A stretch of DNA of 64,000 bases from an uncultured cyanobacterium (GTDB lineage: Bacteria; Cyanobacteriota; Cyanobacteriia; Cyanobacteriales; CAWCAG01). Under the pieces are notes generated by a model. It saw only the letters and a list, made by a program, of their open reading frames with translations. It was not told where the DNA came from and made no database searches. The DNA lies in contig CAWCAG010000007.1 of NCBI GenBank assembly GCA_963793425.1, forward strand, positions 864,001 to 928,000, in the 5' to 3' direction. The translations under genes were made by a program, and so were the position numbers. Of this stretch, positions 29,901-39,231 are shown piece after piece (positions within the stretch are counted from its first letter, which is position 1; each line of letters begins with the position of its first letter).

Positions 29901-31305
29901 GGTAACCTTTGATAAAGGTACGAATCACTAACCAAGAACGTTCCGGGGAATATTCCCAAGGGTTATGTTTATATAGTTGTCGGAAGCGATGGAAAGAAAT
30001 ATATTTAGCATCATTGAAGCGATCGCTTTCTTCTTTGGGTAAGAGGTTCCGTAAAAAGCTTCTGAAGGTTTGGAAAAAAGGACTCAAATCGGGAATTTCT
30101 GTTAATTCTTCTGTTCTAGCGAGGAAGCGGTGATGGGATTCTAGTAAAGGAATGACTCTTTCTTTAGCAACCTTAAGCAGGCGTTCATTATAAGCTAAAA
30201 ATAAAGGATGGGGTTTGCTTAAAATATCCTTGCCTTCTTCCTGGCAATGGCAAAGGTGTCGGTAACAATAATCAGCAAAAAGATGAAAAAGCATTGTTGA
30301 TTTACCACTACCAGCTTGCCCATTTAAAAATAAAGGTAAGGAAGCCTTGGCAGTAGAGACAGAGTGGAGAATGGCTTTTTCTTCAGCGGAAAGAGCTAAA
30401 TTAGCTGTTTCTTCTTTTTCAATAGCTAGCCAGCTAGTTTCATCTGCTAATAAATAACCAGGATAGGCACGTCTAGCCAAAGGGTTAAGTTCATCTATTT
30501 TTAAGTTACTGAACAAAGCAGCAATGGAAATAGGAGCAGAAAATTGACGATTTCTCAAAGCTAAAGGAGAAGGAATTTGCTCTACAATACGGGCAATTTG
30601 TCCCCTGGAAGGATCGCTAGCAAAAGGGGCGAGGAGAAAGACTACTTTTAAAGCAGGAGTGTCGGAAGTGGTGATTTTACTATAGAGAACATAGCAATCA
30701 TCTTTGTTGTGAAGTTTAACATCTGACCAAATAGTATCTTCCCCGATAAAACTCTCAGCATCAGCAATCTCGGCAATCACCTGATTAAAAACCAACCACC
30801 GACTCTCTATTTCTGGGGTTTGAAACAAACTTAACCAAGACTCGCTTTCATAAATAGACACCCCATCAGTATCCATTTCCCAATTAGGGCGATCTAACCA
30901 AGGCAACAACTCTGTTGTTAAAGGTTGGGGTAGAGGTTGCTTAGTTTGGTTAAGGGCTTTTTGTGCTTTGAGCCATTGCTTTAGTTTGCTAGGTTGTAAT
31001 TCCTCACTCCAAGAACTATGCTTGAACTGTTCCCGCTCTCGCAAAAACTCTTCATACTTGCGATCGCCGCGACGAAAAATTACTAGCCAGCAAAGGATAT
31101 GTTCTTTACCGAAACGATAAATTCTGGCAATTAAGCGCAAATTGCCTTCTTTACGTTTAAGGTAAGGATATACTCGCTCAAACCGTGATTGTACTTCATC
31201 TAGCCTCATGGTAGCTAACTCGCTACACAAACGTTCAACTTGTGGTTGCAGGTTACTTTGGCGTTCTAATTCCCGGTTGAATTGCGAGGTACGATAGACG
31301 TACAT
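26992..31305 (-). CDS. superfamily 1 (UvrD-like) helicase/ATPase with RelE-like N-terminus and TPR-like helical C-terminus
   Basis: GQAGSGKST (I), IFCDEAQDFT (II), AGDPMQT (III), NYRS (IV), AKGLEFKQVVL (V) and LYVGASRA (VI). Confidence 0.8.
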   Translation of the reverse strand: MYVYRTSQFNRELERQSNLQPQVERLCSELATMRLDEVQSRFERVYPYLKRKEGNLRLIARIYRFGKEHILCWLVIFRRGDRKYEEFLREREQFKHSSWSEELQPSKLKQWLKAQKALNQTKQPLPQPLTTELLPWLDRPNWEMDTDGVSIYESESWLSLFQTPEIESRWLVFNQVIAEIADAESFIGEDTIWSDVKLHNKDDCYVLYSKITTSDTPALKVVFLLAPFASDPSRGQIARIVEQIPSPLALRNRQFSAPISIAALFSNLKIDELNPLARRAYPGYLLADETSWLAIEKEETANLALSAEEKAILHSVSTAKASLPLFLNGQAGSGKSTMLFHLFADYCYRHLCHCQEEGKDILSKPHPLFLAYNERLLKVAKERVIPLLESHHRFLARTEELTEIPDLSPFFQTFRSFLRNLLPKEESDRFNDAKYISFHRFRQLYKHNPWEYSPERSWLVIRTFIKGYHLDERDHYRSPEDYLEIPKRERTVPSEEFAAIYDNVWKWYKQRTKEQGEWDDQDLIRRVLQLKSYCPDYTAIFCDEAQDFTQLELQLIMRLSAFSQYDLEHQHIECLPFAFAGDPMQTLNPTGFRWASLKAGFYNEVITALSPTGKLGLEMNFTELESNYRSLPAIVGVNNLIQLWRVILFNIPELKPQKPRKIGQFVPQKYIIGENMLPEAVKYYLQDTIIIVPCDEGGEADYLQKDEHLRYLLGEGNNTEPHWNILSAIAAKGLEFKQVVLYKFGEFCQPEAWESRDHANEEVKYFFNKLYVGASRATERLFIVDTPLGETKLWHKASDPRELEEFLAELKQEKKQQQWREAIQLISLGTRPHEIATDDLESIAQTFVTEGLNTGNPELLRRAQGAYQRLHKPQQAALCEARALKLEKQFLIAGNLFLQQNLVDEAWDCFWQGMIWHKLVAWYESLATGDWERDKETDLPETLQRERNRQQQTSLDNRESYRPLVNFMVAETKNLEAVREFTNFVEAGLKDHSLEKNRFAPQWQQAIQTYIESITGLLKKPEKQIAIPGNRWGEVLEKLAIAGYKNTHQLAGRCFYLAEKLPQAVAVWEAGKITHLKEYNIAKAEVVGLPAGLEFLAKIKPQGGKLILTAWQQAGKPRESPWLQHIAPILEAKQEYANALLVYTWLDNLIKVKSCFTQFWQQTSPNLPRHKPLKILLGYYFHCQYWQEAIAAIETYLPQINDSSFPFTLVEEIANSQLTSEKLTKNQRQRYQKFIQKQILNNPNWLQHLSRENLGIALEKIGSLVETLEFYEKYIQHPDVKLRQFACDRWLATKTNQAKYFLNQGQTNKAKRIDSEIARKAKKWQNQIDSIKLTPATVSRPKKMRKQFKIRNFMIKVAENTQQVLITDTNSAQEFHIDGAAFQIKVGSVILQGQNSPSLSFTEENGSYRGILLKQEEQTILKLNFQGLSRSIIIRMP

Positions 31306-31484
31306 CCTAGTAATCCCCTTTCGCTATTCTGACTAAAGATTGATTAGTATTTTTCCTCTCTTTACTATTGTGATCTATGGAGGTGGGAATTTGCCATCAT
31401 GCTTTCCCACAGTTGTCTGGGAATAAAAAAAGCAAGTAAGTTACTCTGATACTTTCTCTTTCCCTTGAAAAAATACTTAAATGT

Positions 31485-32267
31485 ATGGGGTTGAATTCAT
31501 TCATGATGTGGTTGCTTCTTGCCGTAGGAGGGCTTTCTTCCGGACTTCTAGCTGGATTACTTGGCATTGGTGGAGGTACGGTTTTAGTTCCGATTTTAGT
31601 TACATTAGGTTATTCCTATAACCAAAGTGTAGCTACTAGCAGTTTAGCTATTGTGATGACTTCCATTTCAGGAACAATACAAAATTGGCGTATGGGTTAC
31701 TTAAATTGGCGACACGTTATTTTGTTAGGATTGCCAGCTATATTAACTGCTTTGTTAGGGGCTTATTTAGTAACTCAATTGTCAGATTATTTCAAAGAGG
31801 CAGCCTTTGGCATTTTATTACTTATCAATATTTTGCTATTAAGTTGGCGTAAACGTTTGTCGAGCCAAAAAAATAACAGTCAAAAATCACAAATCAATCC
31901 TATTTTAGCCCGTAGCGCTACAGGAGCAACAGCAGGTTTATTAGCTGGTTTGTTTGGCATTGGGGGCGGTGCAATTATGGTTCCTTTGCAAATGTTGCTA
32001 TTAGGAGAAAAAATTAAAACTGCTATTCAAACAAGCCTAGGAGCAATTGTTATTTCTTCAATTGCTGCTTGTTTAGGTCATGCTCAAAGCGGCAATGTTT
32101 TGTGGTTAGAAGGTTTAGTTTTGGGTACAGGGGGATTAATTGGCGCTCAATTTAGTACTCGCTTTTTACCAAAGTTACCAGACACAATAGTTAGTTTAAT
32201 GTTTCGTAGTTTGTTGGCAATTTTGGCTCTGTATTTCTTCTGGAGAGCAAGTATTAGTTATCAATAA
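31485..32267 (+). CDS. TauE/SafE sulfite exporter family membrane protein
   Basis: Duplicated AGL(L/F)GIGGG..(L/M)VP motif, about 8 TM helices. Confidence 0.92.
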   Translation: MGLNSFMMWLLLAVGGLSSGLLAGLLGIGGGTVLVPILVTLGYSYNQSVATSSLAIVMTSISGTIQNWRMGYLNWRHVILLGLPAILTALLGAYLVTQLSDYFKEAAFGILLLINILLLSWRKRLSSQKNNSQKSQINPILARSATGATAGLLAGLFGIGGGAIMVPLQMLLLGEKIKTAIQTSLGAIVISSIAACLGHAQSGNVLWLEGLVLGTGGLIGAQFSTRFLPKLPDTIVSLMFRSLLAILALYFFWRASISYQ

Positions 32268-32389
32268 GCTGTCAGGCTTTTAGGTTACTCAACTTACCTT
32301 AGTAATTTTTTTGTCAAGGTTATAAGTACTTGGACAGAATTAATTTAATTGATTAGACAATCATGTTATTGTTATAAATAGTATTGAGA

Positions 32390-32462
32390 GGGCGCGTAGC
32401 TCAGTGGATAGAGCACCAGGTTCCGGTCCTGGGTGTCGGGGGTTCAAATCCCTCCGCGCTCG
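32390..32462 (+). tRNA. tRNA-Arg(CCG)
   Basis: Cloverleaf: GGGCGCG acceptor stem, D-arm GCTCAGTGGATAGAGC, anticodon arm CCAGG-TTCCGGT-CCTGG, T-arm GGGGG-TTCAAAT-CCCTC; CCA not encoded. Confidence 0.97.
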
Positions 32463-32466
32463 TTTA

Positions 32467-33591
32467 TTAATCAGGGCTGTCCTTAATTTGCCAGTCTGGA
32501 CGTTCTGGGAAAGATTGCTCAGTATGAAAAATTGTTGAACCTGGTTTTCCCGGTCGATTGAGACGTATAGCTAAACCAAAACCAAGCCCGATAAAAGCTG
32601 CTACAATACTAGTCATCATTAAGGCTTTGAAGGGGTAGGGCTGGTGAGATTTTTTTGAGTGCTTAACTTTGGCTTTTTTAGACTTATTGAGTTGAGGACT
32701 TTTGGTAAACGTCGTAGACTTCTGGTCAGACTTAAAAGAAGAGGTTATTTGTGCTTTTTCCTTTGGTAAAAGTTCTAGCCAGTTTTGTATAGTTTGGGGA
32801 CGTTCTTTGGCTTCAATTGCTAAACCTTGAACAATGGCTTTTTTAAGGTTCGGATTGAGCTTTTGAGATAAAGTTCCTGAGCCAAAAGGCTGGCGAAGTT
32901 CTTCAGGAACAGCTTGATTAGCCCTTAAAGGGGCTGCTGTAGGTTCTTTTGCTGTAATTAGATAGAAAAGAGTGGCAGCTAAGGAATAAATGTCTGTGGC
33001 AGCATTAGGGCTAATTTCTGGAAGATAATGCTCAATGGGAGCATAACCAGGTGATACTAAGTTACCGTGAGTTTGTCTAATCTCTGGAGTTAACTGACAG
33101 GTCAAACCGTAGTCTACGAGAATTGCTTTACCGGTTTTGTTTTGGACAATTATATTTTGTGGTTTAATATCTAAGTGTTGGAGATTAGCATGATGAAGAA
33201 TCGCTACAGCCGAACTAATTTGTCTGATATACTGAACTGCTTTTGTGGGGTTTAAGTTACCTGTTTGTTCAATAAAAGCAGCTAGGTTTGGTCCAATAAT
33301 ACGTTCATAAACAAGATAAGGTTTGCCCTTTTCTTCAAATATATCTAGCACTGAAACTAAATTTTCGTGGCGACAAGTGCTAAACTTTTGGGCAAGTTGC
33401 AGAAATTTGCTTTTAAACTGTTCAAAGTCAGGATGAGTAACCAAGTTTTTCGCTAAAGTTTTAACTATTACTGGTTGCTTAGACTTTTGTTCAATCCCTT
33501 GGTAAGTATTGCTAAAGATACCTTGACCGATAGAATCAGTCAGGCAATATTTACCATCTTTAAGGGTAGAAGCTGAGGAAGCGCATATCAT
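32467..33591 (-). CDS. Hanks-type Ser/Thr protein kinase with C-terminal TM helix
   Basis: IGQGIFS, VIVK, HLDIKPQNI, DYG, GYAPIE and DIYSLAA motifs. Confidence 0.92.
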   Translation of the reverse strand: MICASSASTLKDGKYCLTDSIGQGIFSNTYQGIEQKSKQPVIVKTLAKNLVTHPDFEQFKSKFLQLAQKFSTCRHENLVSVLDIFEEKGKPYLVYERIIGPNLAAFIEQTGNLNPTKAVQYIRQISSAVAILHHANLQHLDIKPQNIIVQNKTGKAILVDYGLTCQLTPEIRQTHGNLVSPGYAPIEHYLPEISPNAATDIYSLAATLFYLITAKEPTAAPLRANQAVPEELRQPFGSGTLSQKLNPNLKKAIVQGLAIEAKERPQTIQNWLELLPKEKAQITSSFKSDQKSTTFTKSPQLNKSKKAKVKHSKKSHQPYPFKALMMTSIVAAFIGLGFGLAIRLNRPGKPGSTIFHTEQSFPERPDWQIKDSPD

Positions 33592-33645
33592 AAGGTACTT
33601 TTGGTTGGTCTAACCTATTATGTTACTTTCGGTAATAAATGCACC

Positions 33646-36366
33646 CTATGAGTAATTACTTCGCAAGTAATCTTCTGCTTCAGCGCGATCGCTGATTTTG
33701 CCATCTAACTTAGCTGTTAGTAAAGTGTCGAGTATTTGGCTATATTGAGGCCCTGGTTGATAACCAAGGGCTTTGAGATCATTACCATTTAAAAGAGATT
33801 CAACATTTCTCCATTGAGTAAGATACTGCCAAATTTGTTTACGTATCTGACGAGGAGTTTTTACAGCTAATAACGCCAGGGTTGGTAATTTGTACTGTCG
33901 TAATAGTTTGACCACTTGACTAGGGAGTAGAGAATTTCTGCTCAATTCCTCAACAATTGTCCTTTCTACTGAAGTAAGATTTTGTAACCTTTGAACAGTA
34001 GTAAGGGGTAATTGTAAATTAGTTGCTACTTTACTACTAGTTTCCCCAGGAAGTCTAGCTAAAATTAGTTCCAGTCTCATTAGCCAATGGTTAAGACTAT
34101 CATCCGGATCAAATTTTCTTAAGCAACGGTCGATTAAGCGTATTTGCCACCACAATTCGGGATCTAGTTTAAGGTTCGGATGGAGACAGCGCAGAGCTTC
34201 TAACGATTGCAAGACTTGTAAGGACCGTTTCCAATAAGGGGCTTGGAGAATATATTTTAATTCTGCCTTTAAGCGCGTAGTTAAAGCTGGGGTTGTGTCA
34301 TTTTCAGCTTGGGAACGTTCGTAAACCCCACTGTCAATAGCATAACGGATATAAGATTCTGTTTGGGTTTCAATGCTAAATCCTAAGCGGACAGCAAATC
34401 TAACGGCGCGATAAATGCGGGTAGGATCTTCAATAAAACTATTGGGATGTAAAACCTTAATTTGACGGGATTCTATATCCAAAAGTCCCCCAAAAAAATC
34501 TAGTAATTCTCCTGTTTTGGAGTTAGTAAGTTTGAGGGCTAAGGCATTGATGGTGAAGTCGCGACGATATAAATCCTGGCGAATGGAACTTGCTTCTACT
34601 ACAGGGTTAGCGGCAGGATAAGGGTAAAACTCTGTCCTCGCCGTGGCAATATCAACCCAGAGATTACCTAAATGTGAGTCATGATGCCAAAGTAAAGCTG
34701 CTGTTTGGAAAGCCCCATGAATTTCTAAGCGGCAGTTAGGAAACTCTGTTTGTAAGGCTTTGGCTAATTCTACTCCGGCATTGGCATTAGCTGCTTCATG
34801 AAAGCCATCTACTACCAAGTCAATATCTTGTAGGGGGGAGATGTTTTGGGGATCTTCCTCATTTTGCTGTCGTAGCAATAAATCCCTAACAGCACCCCCA
34901 ACTAAATAAAGGTTCCAACCCCTTTTCTGGGCTTCAGAAGAGGCTAAATCAAGAAATTCAAGGATTGGTTGAGAAATTAAAGATTGGGCGTTAGAGGGCA
35001 GGAGAAAGGCTATGGGAGAAGAGTTACTAGTTTCCTCTTGGTCTTTTTCTAACTGTCCTCCTTGATGTTGGCGTAAGATATCAGTGCGAGTGACGATACC
35101 CATAAGCTGTTCATCTTTTAGCACTGGCAATCTACCCACATCGTAAGTTACCATCAATAATTCAATTTCTCCGCTGGTGGTTTCTGGGGTAACAGTTTTG
35201 AGGTTGCTAGACATATAACCTTTAACCGGGGCGTGGGCAAAGCCGTGGTGTAGGGACAAATCTATGTCCCGACGGGAAATAATCCCCACTAGTTTGTCGC
35301 TGACATCAACTACACATAGCCCCGAATGCCCATAACGAAGGAGAATACTCTGGGCTTGTTCAATGGTGGTTTCTGGGCGAATAGTCCTTACCGGAGACGA
35401 CATTAAATCCTTAGCGGTGAGGGGGAAAGGGATTTGTTGCTTTAACTTTTCGACAAGTTCTGCTAATTTAAAATCTTGATTATCTTGGTAACGTAGGGTA
35501 ACAGAGGCAGCTTGCCCATGTCCCCCTCCCCCTAAAGGTTGGAATAACTGATTAAAATCCGTTTCTTTAAGTCGCGATCGCCCGATGATCGTTATCTTCT
35601 TGTCTTGAGGTTTTTTCCCTGAATACTCGTGGGCTAACAACAAAACATCTACTTCCGTTAGCTTTAATAGTTCTGAGGCTAAACTAGCTAATCCTGGTAT
35701 AAAAGTATCAGTTTTTAGTAAAACCCAACTGAGAGTACAACCCCGAATCGTTACTTTATGTAAATTACCCAAAGATTCTGTTAACAATTGTTGCAATTGT
35801 GGTGACAGACTAGGATGACTATATTCAGCAATTAAGGATAAATTAGCCCCTTGTGCCATCAACCAAGCCAAAGCCAAGGCATCACGGGGAGTAGTTTGTT
35901 CAAAAGTTAATGAACCCGTATCAACATGAATACCTAAAGCCATCACTGTCGCTTCTGCTGAAGTTAACTCAATTTGATATTCTTGGAGTTGTTCCACAAC
36001 TAAAGTTGTAGCTGCCCCCACAGGTTCAATAACACTGTAGGTAGCAGGAATATCCATCTGCGCCCCTAAATGATGATCATAGACTTCAATGGCTTTGAGG
36101 TGAGGCAAATCAAACCACTCTGCCGCCTTGCCTAAGCGACTCCGTTTTTGGGTATCAGGAACAATTAAAGAGCGAATTTTTTCTGGAGCAACGCTACGCC
36201 GCTCTACAATAGCTAAGGCATTGCGATGTAAAGCTAAAAAGTCTTTCACAGTGGGATGCGCCCCTCCTGTTAAGACAATTTTTCCTCCAGCTTTCAAGCG
36301 AGTTAAGCCAACTGCTGCCCCGACTGCATCAAAGTCAGCAGTTTGATGGCATAAAATTAAGTCCAT
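33646..36366 (-). CDS. DHH-CBS-nucleotidyltransferase, probable A-adding tRNA nucleotidyltransferase
   Basis: HQTADFDA and DHH motifs, two CBS domains, GGAVRD, DIDL, DLYRRDFTINAL and EDPTRIYR; adjacent to psbZ-ribH. Confidence 0.88.
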   Translation of the reverse strand: MDLILCHQTADFDAVGAAVGLTRLKAGGKIVLTGGAHPTVKDFLALHRNALAIVERRSVAPEKIRSLIVPDTQKRSRLGKAAEWFDLPHLKAIEVYDHHLGAQMDIPATYSVIEPVGAATTLVVEQLQEYQIELTSAEATVMALGIHVDTGSLTFEQTTPRDALALAWLMAQGANLSLIAEYSHPSLSPQLQQLLTESLGNLHKVTIRGCTLSWVLLKTDTFIPGLASLASELLKLTEVDVLLLAHEYSGKKPQDKKITIIGRSRLKETDFNQLFQPLGGGGHGQAASVTLRYQDNQDFKLAELVEKLKQQIPFPLTAKDLMSSPVRTIRPETTIEQAQSILLRYGHSGLCVVDVSDKLVGIISRRDIDLSLHHGFAHAPVKGYMSSNLKTVTPETTSGEIELLMVTYDVGRLPVLKDEQLMGIVTRTDILRQHQGGQLEKDQEETSNSSPIAFLLPSNAQSLISQPILEFLDLASSEAQKRGWNLYLVGGAVRDLLLRQQNEEDPQNISPLQDIDLVVDGFHEAANANAGVELAKALQTEFPNCRLEIHGAFQTAALLWHHDSHLGNLWVDIATARTEFYPYPAANPVVEASSIRQDLYRRDFTINALALKLTNSKTGELLDFFGGLLDIESRQIKVLHPNSFIEDPTRIYRAVRFAVRLGFSIETQTESYIRYAIDSGVYERSQAENDTTPALTTRLKAELKYILQAPYWKRSLQVLQSLEALRCLHPNLKLDPELWWQIRLIDRCLRKFDPDDSLNHWLMRLELILARLPGETSSKVATNLQLPLTTVQRLQNLTSVERTIVEELSRNSLLPSQVVKLLRQYKLPTLALLAVKTPRQIRKQIWQYLTQWRNVESLLNGNDLKALGYQPGPQYSQILDTLLTAKLDGKISDRAEAEDYLRSNYS

Positions 36367-36425
36367 TGTATGGTAAAAAAAGTTTTAAGATAGTCAAATT
36401 AAGACTAATTTAGGAGATTAATAAA

Positions 36426-36614
36426 ATGACCATTATTTTTCAATTAGCACTTACTGCTTTAGTTTTGTTTTCTTTTGTGATGGTAGTGGGTGTACCGGTT
36501 GCCTATGCTACTCCTCAATATTGGGACCAATCTAAGAAACTACTTTATCTTGGTTCTGGTGTTTGGACTATTTTAGTTGTAGTAGTGGGAGTCTTGAATT
36601 TTTTCGTAGTTTAA
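36426..36614 (+). CDS. psbZ: photosystem II protein Z
   Basis: [33 protein letters not shown]...GVLNFFVV. Confidence 0.97.
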   Translation: MTIIFQLALTALVLFSFVMVVGVPVAYATPQYWDQSKKLLYLGSGVWTILVVVVGVLNFFVV

Positions 36615-36689
36615 AATTTTGTTGGTTGTTGGTTGCGAGTTTTTGGTAATCTACAACCTACAACCTTTTAACCTTACTTAGTCTAAATT

Positions 36690-37268
36690 ATGGCAGTTTT
36701 TGAGGGGACTTTTGCACCAACGACCTCTTCCCCCGCCCGTTTTGCAATTGTTATTGCTCGTTTTAATGACCTTGTTACCAACAAACTTTTATCTGGCTGT
36801 CAAGATTGTTTAAAACGCCACGGCATCGATATTAATCCTCATGGTAGTCAAGTTGATTATGTTTGGGTTCCAGGTAGTTTTGAAGTGGCTTTAGTCGCCC
36901 GTAAATTAGCTTTATCCGGCGGCTACGATGCCATAATTTGCTTAGGGGCAATTATCCGAGGACAAACCCCTCACTTCGATTATGTAGCAGCAGAAGCAGC
37001 AAAAGGAATTGCGGCGGTGGGTTTTCAAACCGGAGTACCAGTTATTTTTGGTATTTTAACCACAGATACTATGCAGCAAGCTTTAGAAAGGGCTGGCATT
37101 AAAAGCAACCTAGGCTGGAGTTATGCTATGGATGCTTTAGAAATGTCTAGTTTAATGCGACAAATTAATGACAAGATGCCAACACCAGTTTATGAAGGGG
37201 CAAGAGTTTTAACTGATTCTTCCCAAGGAAGTTTGATGCCCTCAGAAGCAAAAGTTGAAGAAAAATAA
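36690..37268 (+). CDS. ribH: 6,7-dimethyl-8-ribityllumazine synthase
   Basis: [27 protein letters not shown] and QALERAG motifs. Confidence 0.97.
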   Translation: MAVFEGTFAPTTSSPARFAIVIARFNDLVTNKLLSGCQDCLKRHGIDINPHGSQVDYVWVPGSFEVALVARKLALSGGYDAIICLGAIIRGQTPHFDYVAAEAAKGIAAVGFQTGVPVIFGILTTDTMQQALERAGIKSNLGWSYAMDALEMSSLMRQINDKMPTPVYEGARVLTDSSQGSLMPSEAKVEEK

Positions 37269-37279
37269 CCAGGTAATAA

Positions 37280-37356
37280 TTGTAGGTTGGGTTACGGTAA
37301 CAAAGGTAATTGCCGGATTTCTCCCTAGGTTTATTTACGCCTAACCCAACCTACAA
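37280..37356. repeat. GTAG-type REP/REPIN-like inverted repeat
   Basis: Perfect 15-bp inverted repeat TTGTAGGTTGGGTTA ... TAACCCAACCTACAA. Confidence 0.8.
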
Positions 37357-37662
37357 CTACTTATTAATATGCTTTTAAATTATTTATTTTGTTTCTAATA
37401 TTAAGAAATGAAATTCAATTTTTGTTGAGTGGCGATCGCCAAGCATATTCTTAAAAAAAATCGTCTTAAGCAGCGAATCAAGAATAGAAAGTTTCAGTCT
37501 AAAGTTTCTCAAATTAAATTAACTAATACCTAAAGTTTGTCTGTATAATTCTTATCATCATCTTCGTCTTACCAATGCAACTCAATATTCCAGAAGTTAC
37601 TTAAAGGCTAATCAGATGAAGGGAATAACAACATACAGCGTCAAGCAGTTAGTCAGCCAGAA

Positions 37663-39231
37663 TTGCAACTCAAAGGAGAAGGGCAAGGGGGAGCAGCTTC
37701 ATCAGAAATAGAAAGCAAGATTAATTCTGCTAAAGGTGGTGGACAGCCCTTAGCCCCAGACTTACAAGGGAAGATGGGTGAAGCGATGGGGGCAGATTTT
37801 AGTGGGGTGAAAGTACATACTAATCCTGAAGCCGACCAGTTAAATCATTCCCTACAAGCAAAAGCTTTCGCCACAGGGCAAGATGTCTTTTTCCGTCAAG
37901 GGGCTTATGCACCTCAGAGTAGGAGTGGGCAGGAGTTGATTGCCCATGAGTTAACCCATGTGGTGCAGCAAGGAGGTGCTGGGGTACAAAAGAAGAGTCA
38001 ACAGAATAAGGTTAGTAGGAAGGAAGTTTCTACGCCTAAGAGTGAGGTGTTGACTCATCTACAATCTTTGAAAGGTAATGGCAATCATGATCCTGCTATT
38101 TATCGTCAGGAAATTGAGAAGTTTAAGAAGGGAAATTCGATAAATAAAGCTGCTGAGAAGTCGCAATCAACTTTAGAGTCAGGAAATGGTGAAGAACAGC
38201 AAAATCCTCAACTACAAGCCAAAACAGATAGCAATCATAACAGTGAAAAAACACCAACTCTCATTAGGCATTCTTCCATAGGCTCAGAGCCAATTCAGCG
38301 TTACTTTTTAGCTGAAAATCCTAACGACCCTTCAGACTTAGCTCGTATATCTGACGATAGCTCTGCCGCTGTTAAACAACGAGGCTCTGGTAGTCATATG
38401 CTCTGGGCTGCACCAGGAAAGGCTCAACACTCGTCAAATCAACTTAAAGCAGTCAAGTCGGCAATCCGATTATTTGAAGACAAGACTGACCTTTTAACAG
38501 TCTTCGGTCTAGATGGCAGAGAAAAACGCTTAGTCAGAGTCATACCTCGAAATCTAAGGAACAATACCCAAGGAAATAACATGGTGACTTGGGCTGATTG
38601 CGGTAAAGCAGCATGGGATGTCATAGGAGCAAGAAATAGTACTAGAGGAGTCTACAAAGATCCAGCTGGTCAAACCAGACAACGGAAAAGAACCGTTGAG
38701 GTTGGAAATGTAGATGCAATTAAGTGGAAAGTATTGGAAGATATGCTTCGAGTTCACGAGCGACAATTAGGAAGGAAGATTCTTGATGAAAGGAAAATCA
38801 GTTTTATGAAAAATATAGGAAATGTAGATGGACTTGCTTATTATTTCTTGAAAGTTTATAACTCCTTACCACCTCAGACTAGAGAAAATCTAGACAGGCG
38901 TACAGGAATTAATCGCTGGGCAAATCCTTCAGTGGGGCAAGCGTATACTACCTCTACCGGCGGTAGCCTGGTGACAGATAGAAATGGCAATGAAATAGAA
39001 GCTTGGAATTTCCATTGGGCGGGTGTTGTCATGAAAAGTGACAATGGACGAGACAACATAACTCTTGAAAACTATGGTACAGCCAATCCTAGGGCGGTAA
39101 ATACTAACTGGGAATTCCAAATGTACGGTTCAGCTTACCAGAGAGGACAAACATTCCATGAAGAACATAAAGCAACTGGGACTCACGGAACAGCTCCCAC
39201 AACTTTCGTAGCAGAGTCTAGTGGAAGATGA
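37663..39231 (+). CDS. DUF4157 (eCIS core/PVC metallopeptidase-like) protein with uncharacterised C-terminal payload
   Basis: GGGQPL...M...MGADFSGVKVHT..AD.LN.SLQAKAFATGQDVFF..G.Y.P.S..GQELIAHELTHVVQQ is the canonical DUF4157 pattern. The 5' end is uncertain (TTG start, upstream in-frame stop). Confidence 0.88.
   Translation: MQLKGEGQGGAASSEIESKINSAKGGGQPLAPDLQGKMGEAMGADFSGVKVHTNPEADQLNHSLQAKAFATGQDVFFRQGAYAPQSRSGQELIAHELTHVVQQGGAGVQKKSQQNKVSRKEVSTPKSEVLTHLQSLKGNGNHDPAIYRQEIEKFKKGNSINKAAEKSQSTLESGNGEEQQNPQLQAKTDSNHNSEKTPTLIRHSSIGSEPIQRYFLAENPNDPSDLARISDDSSAAVKQRGSGSHMLWAAPGKAQHSSNQLKAVKSAIRLFEDKTDLLTVFGLDGREKRLVRVIPRNLRNNTQGNNMVTWADCGKAAWDVIGARNSTRGVYKDPAGQTRQRKRTVEVGNVDAIKWKVLEDMLRVHERQLGRKILDERKISFMKNIGNVDGLAYYFLKVYNSLPPQTRENLDRRTGINRWANPSVGQAYTTSTGGSLVTDRNGNEIEAWNFHWAGVVMKSDNGRDNITLENYGTANPRAVNTNWEFQMYGSAYQRGQTFHEEHKATGTHGTAPTTFVAESSGR

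Noticed and set aside
32390..32466. tRNA-Arg as an integration site
   Set aside because: No integrase and no duplicated tRNA 3' end seen; the flanking genes look resident.
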